Below, piece by piece: positions 49,750 to 63,619 of a DNA stretch of 64,000 nucleotides; position 1 is the first letter of the stretch; each line of letters begins with the position of its first letter. The stretch comes from Selaginella moellendorffii (lineage: Eukaryota; Plantae; Lycopodiophyta), in the NCBI RefSeq assembly GCF_000143415.4, contig NW_003314312.1:546399-610398 (forward strand), read 5' to 3'. A program made the position numbers and the translations under genes. The notes under the pieces were generated by a model, which made no database searches, was not told where the DNA came from, and saw only the letters and a program-made list of their open reading frames with translations.

Positions 49750-50740
49750 GCTTACTCAATAGATGCCTCTGGAGCCAACCATTGTGAGAAAAGACAGTGA
49801 TTATCATAGTCCATGCATCCTCTCTCAAGCTTGATCCAAATCCCTCTCCTGCACGATGCTGGTCATGAGAGCTGTCCATGAGACAATGTCTCTCTCATGC
49901 ATGCTTTGGAAGAGCTCCTTGGTGTTCATTTCCTTGAGCTTCACTGCAATTGAGTTCCAAGATACCACATTCCTCTATCAGTATTGCCTTGAATGACACG
50001 CCCATGCTGGGCATACACAGTGACCATGGTGTTCCAGGATACTGGATCTCTGTGGGGGAATCTCACAAATAAATCCACTGTCTCGAAGAGCTCCCCTTGT
50101 GCATATGTGCCATGGATGGTATTCCATGTCACAATGCTTGGAAGCGGCATTTTCTCGAAGACCATCCTTGCCCTGTTCTGGGCATATCATGATGTTCCAT
50201 GAGTAGAGATTCCTCTTGCAGGCCATCAAACACTGCCTTGGACTAGACCAACCGGCAGTTGCAAACATTCGGATCAGGAGATCGGTACCGGTGCTGATCC
50301 ACGCCGGTGATTCTCTGGCTCATGGATCTAGAGGGTGTTGGCATTGACAAGGTGGGATTTTTCAATGCCCTGGATGCGGCAATCTCCAACTTGGCTGATG
50401 GTTGAGCAGTTCATATTATTGTGCAAGATAGTGGCTTCTTGGGTGAACAACTTGCTCGTCAACACGTATGGCAAGTGTGGCAGCCTGGCAAATGAGAGAG
50501 ATGTGTTTGATTCCATGCTGGAGAAGAACTTGGTGTAATGGAACATAGTGCAGTGGAGATGTTCCAGCTGATGATCCTCATGGGTGTCCACTCTCTTGGG
50601 ATGCAGTCATGGGGGGCTGTTTAGATCCTCGTTCCAGGACGAGTTTGGAGGGAGTCCTTCCATGGATCACTACACTTGTATGGTTGATCTTCTTGGTCGT
50701 GTGAGTCACCTGGAGAGGGCCGAAGAGCTCATCCAGTGTA
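49750..50740. pseudogene. PPR pseudogene fragments on both strands
   Basis: Minus strand: FEKMP..SIVTWN, RDPVSWNTMVTVYAQHG. Plus strand: NLLVNTYGKCGSL, DHYTCMVDLLGR. Stops and frameshifts. Confidence 0.75.
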
Positions 50741-50933
50741 TATATTTGTTTCTGTGATCGTGGATGATAGGTTCTTATTCTGGAACTCAAAGGGCAAAAA
50801 CCGTAACACCAGCTATTCTCGCCACTCACTGGATACCTTTGCCCGTGTCCAATGACCTGAAAACTACTGTGTCCTAAGAAGTTCCCACTATTTTTTAATA
50901 TGCAGTTCTCATTGTTGAATGTTTTTTTATTAA

Positions 50934-51250
50934 TAATTACTGTTTCCAAGCCATACAACTGTACACATCTAAATTTATAAATGATTTATGTGGTACACTT
51001 GTCCAGTCACTTTTGATGGAACTTGTTTGAATTTGTGAGTTAAAGCATTTTTTTGGAGTTTGTGCTGATTAAAACTTTTTATTAAGAATTACTGTTTCCA
51101 AGCCATACAATTAGAGAGGTACACTTGTAAAGATATAGATGATTTATGTGGTGCACTTGTCCAGTCACTTTTAAATTCTTTTGCTGATGAAATTTGTTTT
51201 AATTTGTGTTCTTTTGGACTTTTGTGCTGATGGAACTTGTTTTAATTTGT
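50934..51250 (+). repeat. Imperfect about 150-bp tandem duplication upstream of the lectin gene
   Basis: aattactgtttccaagccatacaa and atgatttatgtggt.cacttgtccagtcactttt each occur twice; gatggaacttgttt.aatttgtga also repeats. Confidence 0.75.
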
Positions 51251-51281
51251 GAAATGGGTAAGTGAATTTCCCTAAAGATAA

Positions 51282-52247
51282 ATGAAGCAGCAGAGCATTA
51301 TAAAATTCTTTTTCTTGAGTATATGCTTTTTTCTTCCATCTCTCTCTATAGTATATTTTCATACCCCCTTCTATGGGGATTACCATCGTCTTCTGTTGGA
51401 TCAAGCAGAAAAAGTTGGATACTACCTTTCAGAACTTATGATATCTGGAATACCTTTTGAAACAGGTAGAAACACATATGAAGGGTTTACTGTAACTGGA
51501 GAATTCAACTATAATGGGATATTATTTCAGATTGGGTTCTATTTTTTCAGTGTCTTCCCTCCACAATGCCCAATAAGTATTGGATCTAATAGATATGTTT
51601 CCAACTTGAGAATCCACTCAACACTTGGAGATACTATGGATGAAATTTATGATGAGATTATTAATGCTCGTCCTGCCTATGGATTAGTAGTAATTGTCAC
51701 TGATATTGGGGTGTTTGGAGTCTCCTATATGATCCGGGGCTATACAAGTTTAGTCACTGGCTCTAATGCAAATCCAAGCTGGATCAATCTTCAATCACTC
51801 AATTCAACACAAGGAGACCCACCACATTATAAATTTTGCAACCCTTTCTCAACCATGCTAATTAGTGGTACAAAAAGCACCCCATTTTCAAGGCTTGGTC
51901 CTGGGCAGCAAATTGATCTAGGAGGGCATCCACAAATTGGAGTAGTTGCATTGTTCATGGATTACACTTGTAACTTGATCATCCATATATATGCTACTAG
52001 TAAGTCACTTTGGAGTTCTAAAACTCAGGGATTTGGGTTTGATTGCTGGGCGCTCATGCAAGAAGATGGAAATTTGGTAGTTTATGGATCACTTGGAATG
52101 TCATTTTGGTCAAGCTTTACCTTTTGTGTGCCTTCTCCTGTATGCATTGCTTTATCATTTGTTGCTCTTGGACCCAAATGCAACGTGGGTGTGTATAGGT
52201 ATGGTGCTCCAGCAGTTGAAGTTTGGTCACCAGGTGAATTCTGCTAG
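51282..52247 (+). CDS. Secreted or anchored protein with C-terminal bulb-type (GNA/B-lectin) domain and unrecognised N-terminal region
   Basis: Intact 321-aa ORF; hydrophobic N-terminus; LWSSKT...C.ALMQEDGNLVVYG...FWSS (QxDxNxVxY site). Confidence 0.75.
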   Translation: MKQQSIIKFFFLSICFFLPSLSIVYFHTPFYGDYHRLLLDQAEKVGYYLSELMISGIPFETGRNTYEGFTVTGEFNYNGILFQIGFYFFSVFPPQCPISIGSNRYVSNLRIHSTLGDTMDEIYDEIINARPAYGLVVIVTDIGVFGVSYMIRGYTSLVTGSNANPSWINLQSLNSTQGDPPHYKFCNPFSTMLISGTKSTPFSRLGPGQQIDLGGHPQIGVVALFMDYTCNLIIHIYATSKSLWSSKTQGFGFDCWALMQEDGNLVVYGSLGMSFWSSFTFCVPSPVCIALSFVALGPKCNVGVYRYGAPAVEVWSPGEFC

Positions 52248-52334
52248 TCCATAAGTTATAAGAATAATGTCCTAACTTCCTAAGTTAATGAATGTGCTAA
52301 TTTGTTATTGGATAATGAATAATAGGTTTGTTGT

Positions 52335-52691
52335 TATATTAGGCTTAGGCGCAAGCTCCATATCATCTTAATTGGTGGAGTACCTACATCCTTATATTAA
52401 GCCACTTCTATAGTGAAATTGTGCCAAATTTCATTTGGCTTCATGTTGCATGTTAAGTTTCATATTAGGATTTAAAATACTGTAAAGTTGCTCTAAGGTA
52501 TTTCATAACTTTGTCCCTTCACTCATTAGTTTTAAGTTTTGAAGTTTACCTCCTTTGTTCAACAGTTCAAGGCGTTGAAACTTGAGTGTTGCTCCATTTC
52601 CTTGGCACTTATGTCTAAGGGCTAAATTCTACTTTGTGTTCATCCTATGGTAATTTATTATAAGATATAAAGTCAAAATCAAGTGTGCTAT
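52335..52691 (+). mobile_element. Partial family-B LTR
   Basis: Matches about 43550-43958 (ggtggagtacc, gaaacttgagt, atcctatggtaa, gtgtgctata end). Confidence 0.65.
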
Positions 52692-54796
52692 AGTGAAGGA
52701 TCAAATCTTTCATAAAGGTGTTCTAGGTTGTCAACAAAAAATATGTTTTCAAGTGTATACCAAAAAAGGGATTAATTTCTAACTTTATTTATTATAAAAA
52801 CCTATATTTTAAAGTTGAAACAAATATAGATAATTAGTGATAATTTTTATTTAAATAATATATTTGTGAGTGTCAAAAATATGCATATTCAATTAGTCCA
52901 AAAACTTTAGATTATGTACAGGAACAAATGGTCTAAATTGAAACCAATATGACAACTATCAAAATTTATAGTGCATCTAAATTTAGAGTCAAACTCCAAG
53001 CCTATTGCATTATGAAATGAGGGTTTAATACGCACTTAAAATCAATAGCTCCTTGTATTTAGCTCATGCACATAAAACAGTGTCAAATAAAGTTTAGCAT
53101 AATTTTAGCATACCACTATAGAGCTTGGGCTTAGACCTAAGTTAAACATAGAAGAAGAAGCATCATAATTTAGTAGGAGCAAAATTAATATCTTTGGTGG
53201 TTGGCCATGGTTTCAATCACTATTCCTACTATACATTTAAAACCCTCCATATGGGGGTTAATTTATCACTATCCTTAGAAATCTCTCAAGGAACACAATG
53301 TCCAAACCTAAATCTGTTGTATAGGCAAATCTGCCATCTTTTGCAGTGATGAGGTTTCTAGTTTTCAAGGTGAGAAGGAGTAGATAGTGGCAACTACAGG
53401 TTGTGAAGAGCCTTTGGTACACCATAGGAAGTGGTTATAATACACAGGTTTATCTTGCACTAACAGTTGCCCATACAATCGATTTTGTTTTGGACATTAT
53501 AATCTCTAAGATGATTGCTGAGGATGTTGATGATGAGGATGTGGTTCAAGTAGTGGAGCTTCCAGCTGTCTCAAGTTCTTTCATAGGTGCTTTCTATGAG
53601 GAAATGGTCGCAATATACACTTCCCACAGTTGCTAATTTGTCAGATCACACTACAATGGTGGATTGTGAGTAGGCTTCAGAGTTTTCAAATTGCTTGACA
53701 GTCTTTCAAGAGCAAGAGGTGGAGGAGAATGTCCTTTTGGCTGAGGTATAAGTGGCAGAGTTGATTTCTGTTAAACAAAGTCCAGCAGCCACATATCCCA
53801 CATCCAGCTTCTAATATTTCAATTTCCAACATGAAGTTCTTGGCAATTCCTCCAGCTCCAGCAAGGTGCCACCATCCAAAGATTTGTCAGATGACACTCT
53901 TGATGTTTCATCACCACAATTGTTTTCTGCAGCAAAGGGCATGAAACTTTCAGCAATTGCCAGGCTTGGGAAGTTACAGATCTTGCTCTCTTCAGTACTT
54001 TTGCTGCTCTAGCTCTTCCCAGCAGTAGAATTTAGGTACTCTTCCAACTTGTAGAGTTCATCAATGGCGCAACAATTTCCTAGCTTTGTTAAATAGGGCA
54101 TTTTATTTACTAGCAAAACACCAAAAAACTAGGCATAGTTTTGTTAAGCACAAAATCATCAAAGAGGAGGGTCTTACTATAGAAGTATCTACAGAAAGGG
54201 GGGTTACTATTCATAAATACCTACCTGACCTTCCTTCCATATAAATGCTAGATTTGTGCTTCTTACACCCATCCTCTAGGGTTTCTTTAGTCTCCTCCTC
54301 AATGTTGGTCATCCTCTTGAGGGTGTGAGTGTTAACACTTTTTTCTCTTGCTTCTTTCATCTTTTTTTCTTTTTCCTTCTCTACTTATTTAAGTGTTTAG
54401 TTTGTGCCTAGAGTTTCCCTTTTCTTTCTTTAGTTTTTCTTTGTCACTTTTCACTTTGTTTGGTTTTTTTTTCTCTATCTTGTGTATCTCTCTTCTAGGC
54501 ATTTGGTGCATGACTTCTACAGCTTGATCATGGGTTCTCATGTGATAGAGTCTTCCATGCTCCTTCATGGTCACCTGTTGCAGTGTTAGTTCATTGCTGT
54601 CTTGTTCTCATGTTCACAACTTAGATTCCATCCCCTCTTTCAAGGAAAAAATGTTTTGAAGCATTGGCTCTATTCAAAATTGTTGCATTTGTCTTTTTTT
54701 ACTATGTATGTTTAGCTTCATTCCACTATCTTATCCACTCAACCTCACTTTATGGAGGTTAGATGTTCTCTTTAAACTTATTACACCATTCTCATT

Positions 54797-56950
54797 TATC
54801 ATGAATGTGATTGCGGGTATTGAAAGTTACCTGTCGATGAATTCTTTTGGATATTGTTTCCTTACAGCTACAACAGCAGGAGGTTGGTATTGTTGGACCC
54901 TTTATTTGCTGTAGGGGGTTCCAAATATATAGTAGGGATAGTGGGTAGATCAAGCATGGCTGACCAACCTGAGGCATAATCTAACTCCCATTTGTGTGTT
55001 TATCCTTGTTCTACATACAACTTGGGTCCAAACCTAAGTTCCATACCATGTTAACTAATGGAGTACTCAGATCTTCACATTAGACCACTAATATGCTGAA
55101 ATAGCACAAAACTCCATTTAACTTCATTTTGTATATTAGATTTAGCATTGGGATGCTAGAAGCTCTAAGACTATTCCAAAGTCACATGTTCCTTACCTTC
55201 TTGGGTTGTACACTCAAGAGTCACTTTGTTCTCTTGCTCCTTCACTCCTTAAGCTGAAAGCTAAAAGTTATTATGTGCTCCAATTCCTTTACTTTTTAGC
55301 TATATATTTAAGAGTTTAGCTTTATACCTTCATTTAGTGGCCCAAGGCCTTGAAATTTAAGTTTTGCTCCATTGCCCTTGCCCTACATGTCCAAGGGTTT
55401 GGTTCCACTTTATAATTATCCTATAGTAAATCACAATAGGGCAAAGGGTGAAAACCATGTGCACTATATTTGGTATCAGAGAATGAGTCTCAAGGAGTAC
55501 TATCCAATCAGATTGGGAAACTAGTCTCATTGTATATGAAAAAATAAAAATGACGATCTAAGTAGGTATACATTTGGTTGTTATGGCTTTATATGCATCC
55601 CTTGGATATAAATTTGGATTGAGATGTATTATTTGCATGAGTTGCACTTGGATTCATATATATGGCACATTAGCAGCTTAAGGTTGCCCTTTGAGTTGGC
55701 AAAATTAATTCTGGTTTATTATTAATTATTATGAGTTGTTCCATGTTACTGTGGGTAAAGTAAACCTCCTTTGAGTTTGCAAAGAGTGGCAAATAGGCTA
55801 GTCCATAGTTGTTTAGCATGGGACTAGTGGATCCTTCCTATACATAATATAAGTGGATCAATTAAGATTATAGGGACTAGTTTAGTGGTTTAAATAGTTA
55901 TTGCTATGTTCTTTTATAGAATTTCTTAAATTGGACTGAAGGTAATGCAAATACAAGTTTGATGTTTAGTCAAGCTAAGTTCAAAAAGAGAGTTATTAAA
56001 GACAAAGGATCAAACATATAAATTATTTTCTATTTCTTGAGAGATGATTGTAACAAGGTGTGATATCATTGCTCATGTTCACATCATACAATCAAAAATC
56101 CCTATTTCAATACATATTTATTATTATGGTCTTATAAATGGTGAGTTGTTGTGAAGCACTATACCATTTTGCTTAGGCTTGTTATTGGAAAGCTTAGGTT
56201 GCATTATTCAATTCTTTTTTGAGAAAATTTATTATTGCTCCTTGAGTAGTTTGGTGTTGGATTGGTTTTGAATTTGGTCGAAAAGAGAGTGACATAAGTT
56301 CATCTATGTTGTGAATATAGTTGGTGTGTTAGGTATTGTAAATATCTATTGGTAGGGTGTGGCATTTATATTGCATTTTATTGAATAAAGTTGGCATTTA
56401 ATATTCATGTAAACCTTTGAAGTAATAATATGAGCTTGTTTGTGCTATTGTTTGATTGATGATCAAGTTATTATGGTTTTTTATATCATATCAATATGAA
56501 TGTGGGTAATATGTTTACTAAGTTGCTTGGTCACATGATGATCAATCCCAAAATGGTTGATGGTGATGCTAATCTACTTATACATAGTAGAACTGTAGTA
56601 ACTTTAATTAGATTTTTAATGGTGATTCATTTTATGCTAAGCTAATGTTAGTACCTTGGTTCCTTGAAGGTTTGCCCATTAGAAAAGCTATAACATTCAC
56701 TTGCTATAATTTATTAGTGAATTGAAGCTGTGTGGTTAAAGCATTGACAATATTAACACTTATGTTAGTGGAAGTGGTATTATTATGTTGAGTAATAAAG
56801 AATTCTCTTTAGAGCTTGATTTTTATATTATTTTTCTTGTTAATGTTTTTGCTTCACATTAGATCTTGAAGGTGATTGAAAAATGTTGTTAGTGCAATAT
56901 GAATATTTGAAGATATAGTCTTTGTGATCGAGTATTAGATATCCACCTAA
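54797..56950 (+). mobile_element. Second family-B element: LTR about 54797-55458, PBS 55461-55471, internal non-coding region
   Basis: tggtatcagag PBS; internal sequence aligns by eye with 44380-44950. Confidence 0.75.
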
Positions 56951-59370
56951 GCAAGTGATGCACCCAAGGCTTAGGGTTTAATGAAATTTTGTTTTACGAA
57001 GGGAAGTTAGGAATTTGTTGGTTTAGATTCATCTATTGTACTAATTTCTACTTGGTCCTACTTGGTTTTAATATTCACTACACGAGCAACAAAGTGTTAG
57101 CCATCCATCCACAGATTCCTAAATTCTCTCCGAATCCCCCTCCATGGGTTAAATTGGACTTAAAGTTTAGCTATACTCTCTGTAAGCACAAGCAATTAAG
57201 CATACAAGGCTAAAGCAATGGTGGTCAGATAAACGAGATAAGCTGACAAATTGGAAAGGAAAAAATTGTGGCTTATAATTTGGTATTGAAGCTTTTTCCT
57301 CAGTTTTAATGAAGGATAAAAGCGAATTGTTAGGAAATAGCTAAGATAGGGCATAAAAAAACCAAAGTGGTGATAAAACCTTTGTAGCACATTATGGTTT
57401 TCACCTTTTATCTTATGGTGATTTACTATAAGATAACCACAAAGCATAACTTAAACCCTTTATATGCCACATGCTACATGCCATGTGTCTCAAGAACAAC
57501 AAAGTGGAATTTAAGTTTTAGGGTTTTGGACCACTAAATGAAGGGTACGGAGATAAACTCTCAAGTTTGCAACCAAGTAGTGAAGGAACTAAAGCACAGA
57601 ATGGCTCTTGAGCATTCACTCTAAAGAGCAAAGGGACAGAAGCACAGAGCAACCTGGAACAATCCTAAAGCATTTAGCATCTCAATGCCAGGACCAACAT
57701 GCAAAACAGAGTCAAACGGAGTTTGGTGTTATTTCAACATACTGGTGGCCTAATGCAAGGATATAGGTACTCCACTAACTAGTATGGTGGGCTTAAACCA
57801 AGTTGGATGTAGAATAAGGACAAGCATGCAAGCGTGAGGTATACTATATGTTAGGTTGGTTGGCTATGCTTAACCTACCCACTATCCCTACTTTACATTT
57901 GGAACCCCCCTACAGCATGAACCCTTTGGAGGGGATTGAGATGGAACCAAATAAAGTTGGACAAACCAAAGTAGAATCAATCCCTCCAACAGTTCCCAAG
58001 TACAAACCAAATCCCCCATTAGTGTTCGAGGGAGTGAATTATTATAAGGTGGTGGAGGATTAGTTTTATGATATAGAGGATTACTTTTGACTGTTGCAAT
58101 TACTGAGTTTGAAAAAGGTCCTATATGCAAAACCATACTTAACAAATAACATTAAGTCTTGGTGGAGAACAATAAAGGCCAATGAAGGACCAATGGCCAC
58201 TTGGGAAGTGATGAAGTTGAGGATTCTCATAATTTGTTCCTCCAAATGCTACTTTGCACTTAAGGGATAAGCTAACTAGGTTGAAGCAAATAGGAACCAT
58301 ACAAAAGTATATGAAGGGGTTTATAGCCAAGAGGATCTTTATCACGGACATGAGTGATATGGATGTTTTCCATGCCTTCATATTAGGATTATAGACCTCA
58401 GCTCAGGGTAAGGTGATGTGTTGGAATCTGATCAACTACAAAAAAGCATTGGATGTAGTTAAAGTGTATTTTAATGATAACTTGTGAAAGGGGAATATGA
58501 TAGGGTCGAGGTTCACATTTAGCAAAGGAGCCAAACCAAGGGGGACATATGGCAAAAGGAAATTTAGGAAGAGTTTCTCTAAGAATGAGTCTTTAGGGTT
58601 TCAGAAAGGCAAATGCAATGGTCAGTGAGCAAACACATGGGGGAGTCAAACAAAAAAGGACAAACCGATTAATAAGAAGGCCAAATCTGTTGGTAGTGTG
58701 GGAAATAGCTTATGCTACAACTGCGGTGAAGCAGGATATTTTCTAAGAGAATGTCCTTACCTAAAGAAGGCCAAAGTTAATAAAGCTTTTAAGTCGGGTG
58801 AAGTTCAAATTAAGGTATGTGATTTAGTCTTTAGCTCAAAGTTACTCATTACACAAGCAACTTTGGTAGAGAGTCATTTGCGACAATTACTAGCCCTCCA
58901 AGGGAAGCTTGGAGGTAGTTTTGTTAAGATCCTTATTGATACAAGTGCTTCAGATAATTTTGTAGTTGTAGATATAGTTTGGCAAGTCAGACTAATGATG
59001 TAGCAGCTAGGTGAACCAAGGACTTTAGAATTTTGTTTAAAGTAGCCAAAGCACCGATGAAGTATTTTGACAAGTGAGAGTCAAAATACAGACATGGAAA
59101 GTAGATATGGATTTTATCGTGTTGGACATGGCAGGATTTAATGTGATGTTTAGGATGGATTGGTTCAATCGGTTTGTGATAGCCTTGCATGGACAAAGTA
59201 AGAACCTAGTGGTTTTGGCAAATGTCTAAGATGAACAATTTAAGGTGGAGGCTTAGGATCTAAAGATAGTGCAATGTAAGGCCAAAGACTCTTATTTGAA
59301 CTTGGTGTCCATAAAATGACAACTTAGTAAAGAAATCAAGGCATATTTTTGTGCTTACTTTTAGTGGGGA
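56951..59370 (+). mobile_element. Degenerate copy of the chromovirus (partial LTR, PBS remnant, gag-protease), itself interrupted
   Basis: Matches 3290-5465, including [14 protein letters not shown] and KILIDTSASDNF; many stops. Confidence 0.85.
57383..57914 (-). mobile_element. Family-B LTR inserted in reverse orientation in the degenerate chromovirus gag
   Basis: Reverse complement of the 54910-55458-type LTR (tgtagcac...ggttttcacc; ggaacccccctaca). Confidence 0.75.
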
Positions 59371-61139
59371 TGTGAGACACAAAATCCCTAGGCCCCAAAG
59401 TGGAGCCGGAAGGGTGCCACGTGGTAGTGGCTGAAGCGAAAGCCAAACGAGCGTAACACATTTGGACTAAAAGCTCCGACTTGAAAGGTCGAGAGCGGGA
59501 GTGGAACTCCTAACAAAGTGCTCAAGGAATGAGCACGAAGCGAGTAATAAGCAAGGCTCTAAAAAGGGACCTAAAAGGACCAACACATGACACGTGGAAG
59601 AATCCAAGATGGACCCAAGATGGAGTCCGAGATGGAGTTCGAGATGGACCGAGATGGAGTCCGAGATGGAGTCTGAGATGGATCCGAAATGGAGTCCGAG
59701 ATGGAGTCTGAGATGGACCGAGACGAAGTCCGAGATGGACCGAGACGGAGTCTGAGATGGAGTCCGAGATGGACCGAGACGGAGTCCGAGATGGAATATG
59801 AGATGGACCAAGACAGAGTCCGAGATGGAGTCCGAGATGGACCGAGACGGAGTCCGAGATGGAGGCCGTGATGGACCGAGACAGAGTCCGAGATAGAGTC
59901 CGAGATGGAGTCCGAGATGGAGTCTGAGATGGACCGAGACGGAGTCCGAGATGGAGTCCAAGATGGAATCTGAGATGGAGTCTGAGGTCAAGACCAAGAC
60001 TGGAACCGAGATCGAGATCGGGACCGAGACTGAGACCGAGACCGAGATCAAGACCGAGACCGAGACCGAGGCCAAGGCTGAGACCGAGCCCAAGTCTGAG
60101 TCCGAGTCCGAGCCCAAGCCTGAGTCTGAGTCCGAGTCCGAGTTCGAGTTTGAGAGGGTGAAAGCCCTAAGCGTTTGTCTCCCAGACCCTGGGGGGTTTG
60201 GTGAGCTCCAAAAGTATAGTAAGGGGGAGGACTGTAGTGGAGCTAGTTTGGCCAGAAAAGGCCAGTTTGGCCCAGGGAGGCTATACTCAGTGTTGGGTGA
60301 TGAGCTGCCCACTGGGAAGTCCAAGACTAGAGTGAACACGGACTGACAAGCGGGGTAGCTTGGTGAAGTGTTCAAGAGCCGGCGGGAGATCGACTGGCTG
60401 ATGCTCCTAATCCAAGTGTGGGTGACATTACCTACTTGGATACCAGGCGTGGCTCAACAGAACCTTGCTCTAAGCCCATGGTTAGAGCACCTAAAGGCGG
60501 AAGGTGGGGAGAGTACCCATGAGGGCCGTGTAGGGCCATAGTGTTTCGAAATGTTGTCCCAAAGTCCCAGACTATGGAAAGGAAGAGGAGTAGCCCTCTG
60601 GTGTGGTGACCAAGGACATAGTCACACAGTGAGGAAGTCCTAGAGGACAGTGAGACTTAGTGGTCGGGCCCGTGGGCCTTGATCCAGTGAAAGTGTTGGC
60701 AAACACAGCCAAGGATAGAAAGGGACTTGGTGGGGACCGGAACGAAGATATTGGGGAAGGCTATTCCCCATGTCTGTGGGCATCCTAAGGATGCTAAGGA
60801 GTGGATCTGGGATGATCACTCATGGACGGATGACCTAGTCTTTGAGAGACGGGACTGCAATGTAGGTGGTGTCAGACCACCGATGTGACTAAGGTGAATA
60901 GGTATGGCCTTATCATAATGGGTTGATATGTCAGTGGTACTTTGGGGTGTCAGTTATGGGATCGAACACGTGGAGCACTTGGACCAAGTGCAATGGTTGA
61001 GTGGCATAGATGCCATTCTTGGGGCTAGCAAGTCCTTAAGTCCAAAATAGGACTTATGGAGGTTGTGAGTGAGACTCCTCTAAGTGGTCAGAGGTGTAGT
61101 TAAGTAACTAAAGTAGAATGAAAAATTTAGTCGCTTACA
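59371..61139 (+). mobile_element. 5' LTR (about 1.77 kb) of a third LTR family inserted into the degenerate chromovirus; PBS 61143-61153; decayed internal region follows to about 63600
   Basis: TGTGAGACAC...CGCTTACA then TGGTATCGGAG; interrupts ttagtgggga|gtgacaaa of the host copy. Confidence 0.8.
59600..60150 (+). repeat. Expanded hexamer/dodecamer array (GAGTCCGAGATG; GAGACC) in LTR
   Basis: Obvious periodicity. Confidence 0.95.
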
Positions 61140-63619
61140 ATTTGGTATCGGAGTTGTTCCTTAGTCCGACTTTTATTGGTGCTCAAGTATATTACCACTA
61201 GAGTTGGCATTGGAAGGTCCTAGGAGTGGGCCTATCCTTGAGGAGTAGCATGTCAAGAGGACATGGCTCTCCACTCAAGTTTATACGTGAACTTGGGCGT
61301 GATATGGTGGATAAAAAAGGGGCCAGTAAGGGAATGACTTTGGGATCTTGGGAACAGTATAAGGGTTTCCTCATAGAGTTGAGGATGTGATACAGATGAG
61401 TGTTTGACGTAGCCAACTGGCTAATGTAGTTGTGGTAAACAACTATAGTTGGGATCACGGGAAAGATGCAGACTCCAAAACAATAAAGGAGTCACAAGAT
61501 TACCCTTATATAGTTGAGGCTGGTACTTATAAATTTGAGACCGGAATTGTTGACCGTGGGACGTCAAATACAGAAGAGGACACCAGTCCTTGAAAAGGTA
61601 ACTGGGGCTACCTCTAATAAATGCTGGAACAATCCAAGGAGTTGGGGGTGTACTTAAAGATGAGTTGTTATTCTCATCACATGGACAAGTAGTCCTAAGG
61701 GGCAAAAGTTAGCCCCAAGAAAATCATCAAGTGTCAGAGTAACACTTGCAAAAATTGTCCTTGTGAGTAGGACATGAATACAAGAAGTTGTATTCCAGTG
61801 AGTTGGCACCTCTAAGACTGAGACCTCGCAAGTTGTTGGATTAGCAAAGTCCAAAATGCTGGATGACTCAAGCGGAGTCAGGGAATGGTCCTAAGGGATT
61901 GGTTGGAGCATTTGGACTAAGGTGTATGGTGCCCCATGAGGTATGGGGAGGATCATAAGATCCAAGTATGAGAACAGTAGGTATCTCATTGATGGCAGAA
62001 TGTGCCATACTAAAGTTGTGAGAAAGATGTTCTCAGAAGAAAGCAACTTTGGCCCAGAGTTGGGTGCAAACACTATGGTGCGGTGCTAACGGATAGTTAG
62101 AATGAGGAACAACTATATTAGTCTTGGCAAAAACCTAGACACTAATAAGTAGTGTCATAAGGGTAAGCTCTTGGGGCCGATGGTGTGGAGACACCAAATG
62201 TGCCAAAGTGTGATACCTTGAGGTTATGATGGTGGGTTCATAAGAACCCCTTGCTAAGGGAATCCCAACGGAAGCGTGAATGGCATGGCCTAAGCTGGTA
62301 GGCATGCGGTTGGAGTGTGGTGACCCAGATAATGATGGAAGTGTGGAAGCACCAAACAATGAGTTATAGGACTTGACAACTATGAGGCAACTAAGCAAGA
62401 GGTGTAAGATAATTGGTTAAATGGGTAGAAGGTAGCTACCAAGACTTCTTAATGGCATAAGGAAGTTAGATATACCTTTACAGGGGATAAATTGCTTATG
62501 TTGCGATATAGTAAGTCAATGTCATAAACGAGAATGCTCATTGTCAAGAGGCCATCATTGGGACACCCAAACACTCTAAAACACCAGGAGGTGGTGTTTC
62601 GTGTCGCAAGGGCAATAGATAAGGCCCAAGGGACTAAGTCCCTAGCGGATGATGGACCGTAGGTGATATCCAAATGTCCAAAGTTGTGGAGATAGAAGAA
62701 GACTGTCTACCTGAATTGGACAAAGCCAAAAATGGAATTTTGGCAAGGCTAGTGATGGGCATGTAAAGGCCCATAAGCAGCAACGTTAATCCTGATGTGT
62801 GGGATTATAAGTTGAGCATGCCCAAGATTGAGGAACCACTCCCTAGGCTATCGGGTAAATTCATCCCTAAAAATACTTGCTAAGGCATAGTAAAATGTGC
62901 AAAGCTATCCTTCTAGTCTGGAGGAGAATAACCAAAGGAAACATATGGGGCCAAAAAATAAGTAGTATTGGGATGGAACTGAACCATAGAAATTGAAGGG
63001 CATATCCAACGGTGGTTATGCAAGTTGGGAGTGGAGAATCAAGAGGGTGCTTGAGGATGTTGTTGCTAGCAACCGTGATGCCATGGAGAGTCTAAAATAT
63101 GGAATTGTCCATGTTAGACTATATGGCAACTATAAAGCTTGCGAAAAGGGAAGCCTTAGCAAGCTAAGGGATAGAGTTCCTTCAATGTTCCCAAAGACGA
63201 TTCTAGGTAGCTTAGTACTTAGAAAGGCCAAGTGTAAATGGTTCATGGAACGCGCAAAATCAGAGTGGCGCAGCAGAAGCGTGGTCTTGAAGTTTGCCAT
63301 GAGGCAAGGCTATCAAGGTTAGGGAAGTAGTTCCCGAGTGTTCAAAGAGAGGGCTTTGAACGAAAGTCGATAGTCAAGGACTTTCACGCTTATGCAGGAA
63401 CCATGTTACAAAGGTCGGAGGACTGGCCAAGCGAGATTGGCAAGTCGGGGGAACAAATACCCTAGTTGAAGGTGATAACTTCAAAAAGGGTGGGCCATGG
63501 GGCTAAGCATGGAGGAGTCCATGCATGATCACAGACTTGTCAAGTGAGAGGACTTGGCAGTGTGGAGGAACTAAGTTCCTAAGCTGTGATCTGTAGCGTG
63601 CTTTAAGTATAAGTTGGTG

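Noticed and set aside
59600-60150. Repeat array superficially like CRISPR
   Set aside because: No unique spacers, eukaryotic context, and it lies inside an LTR
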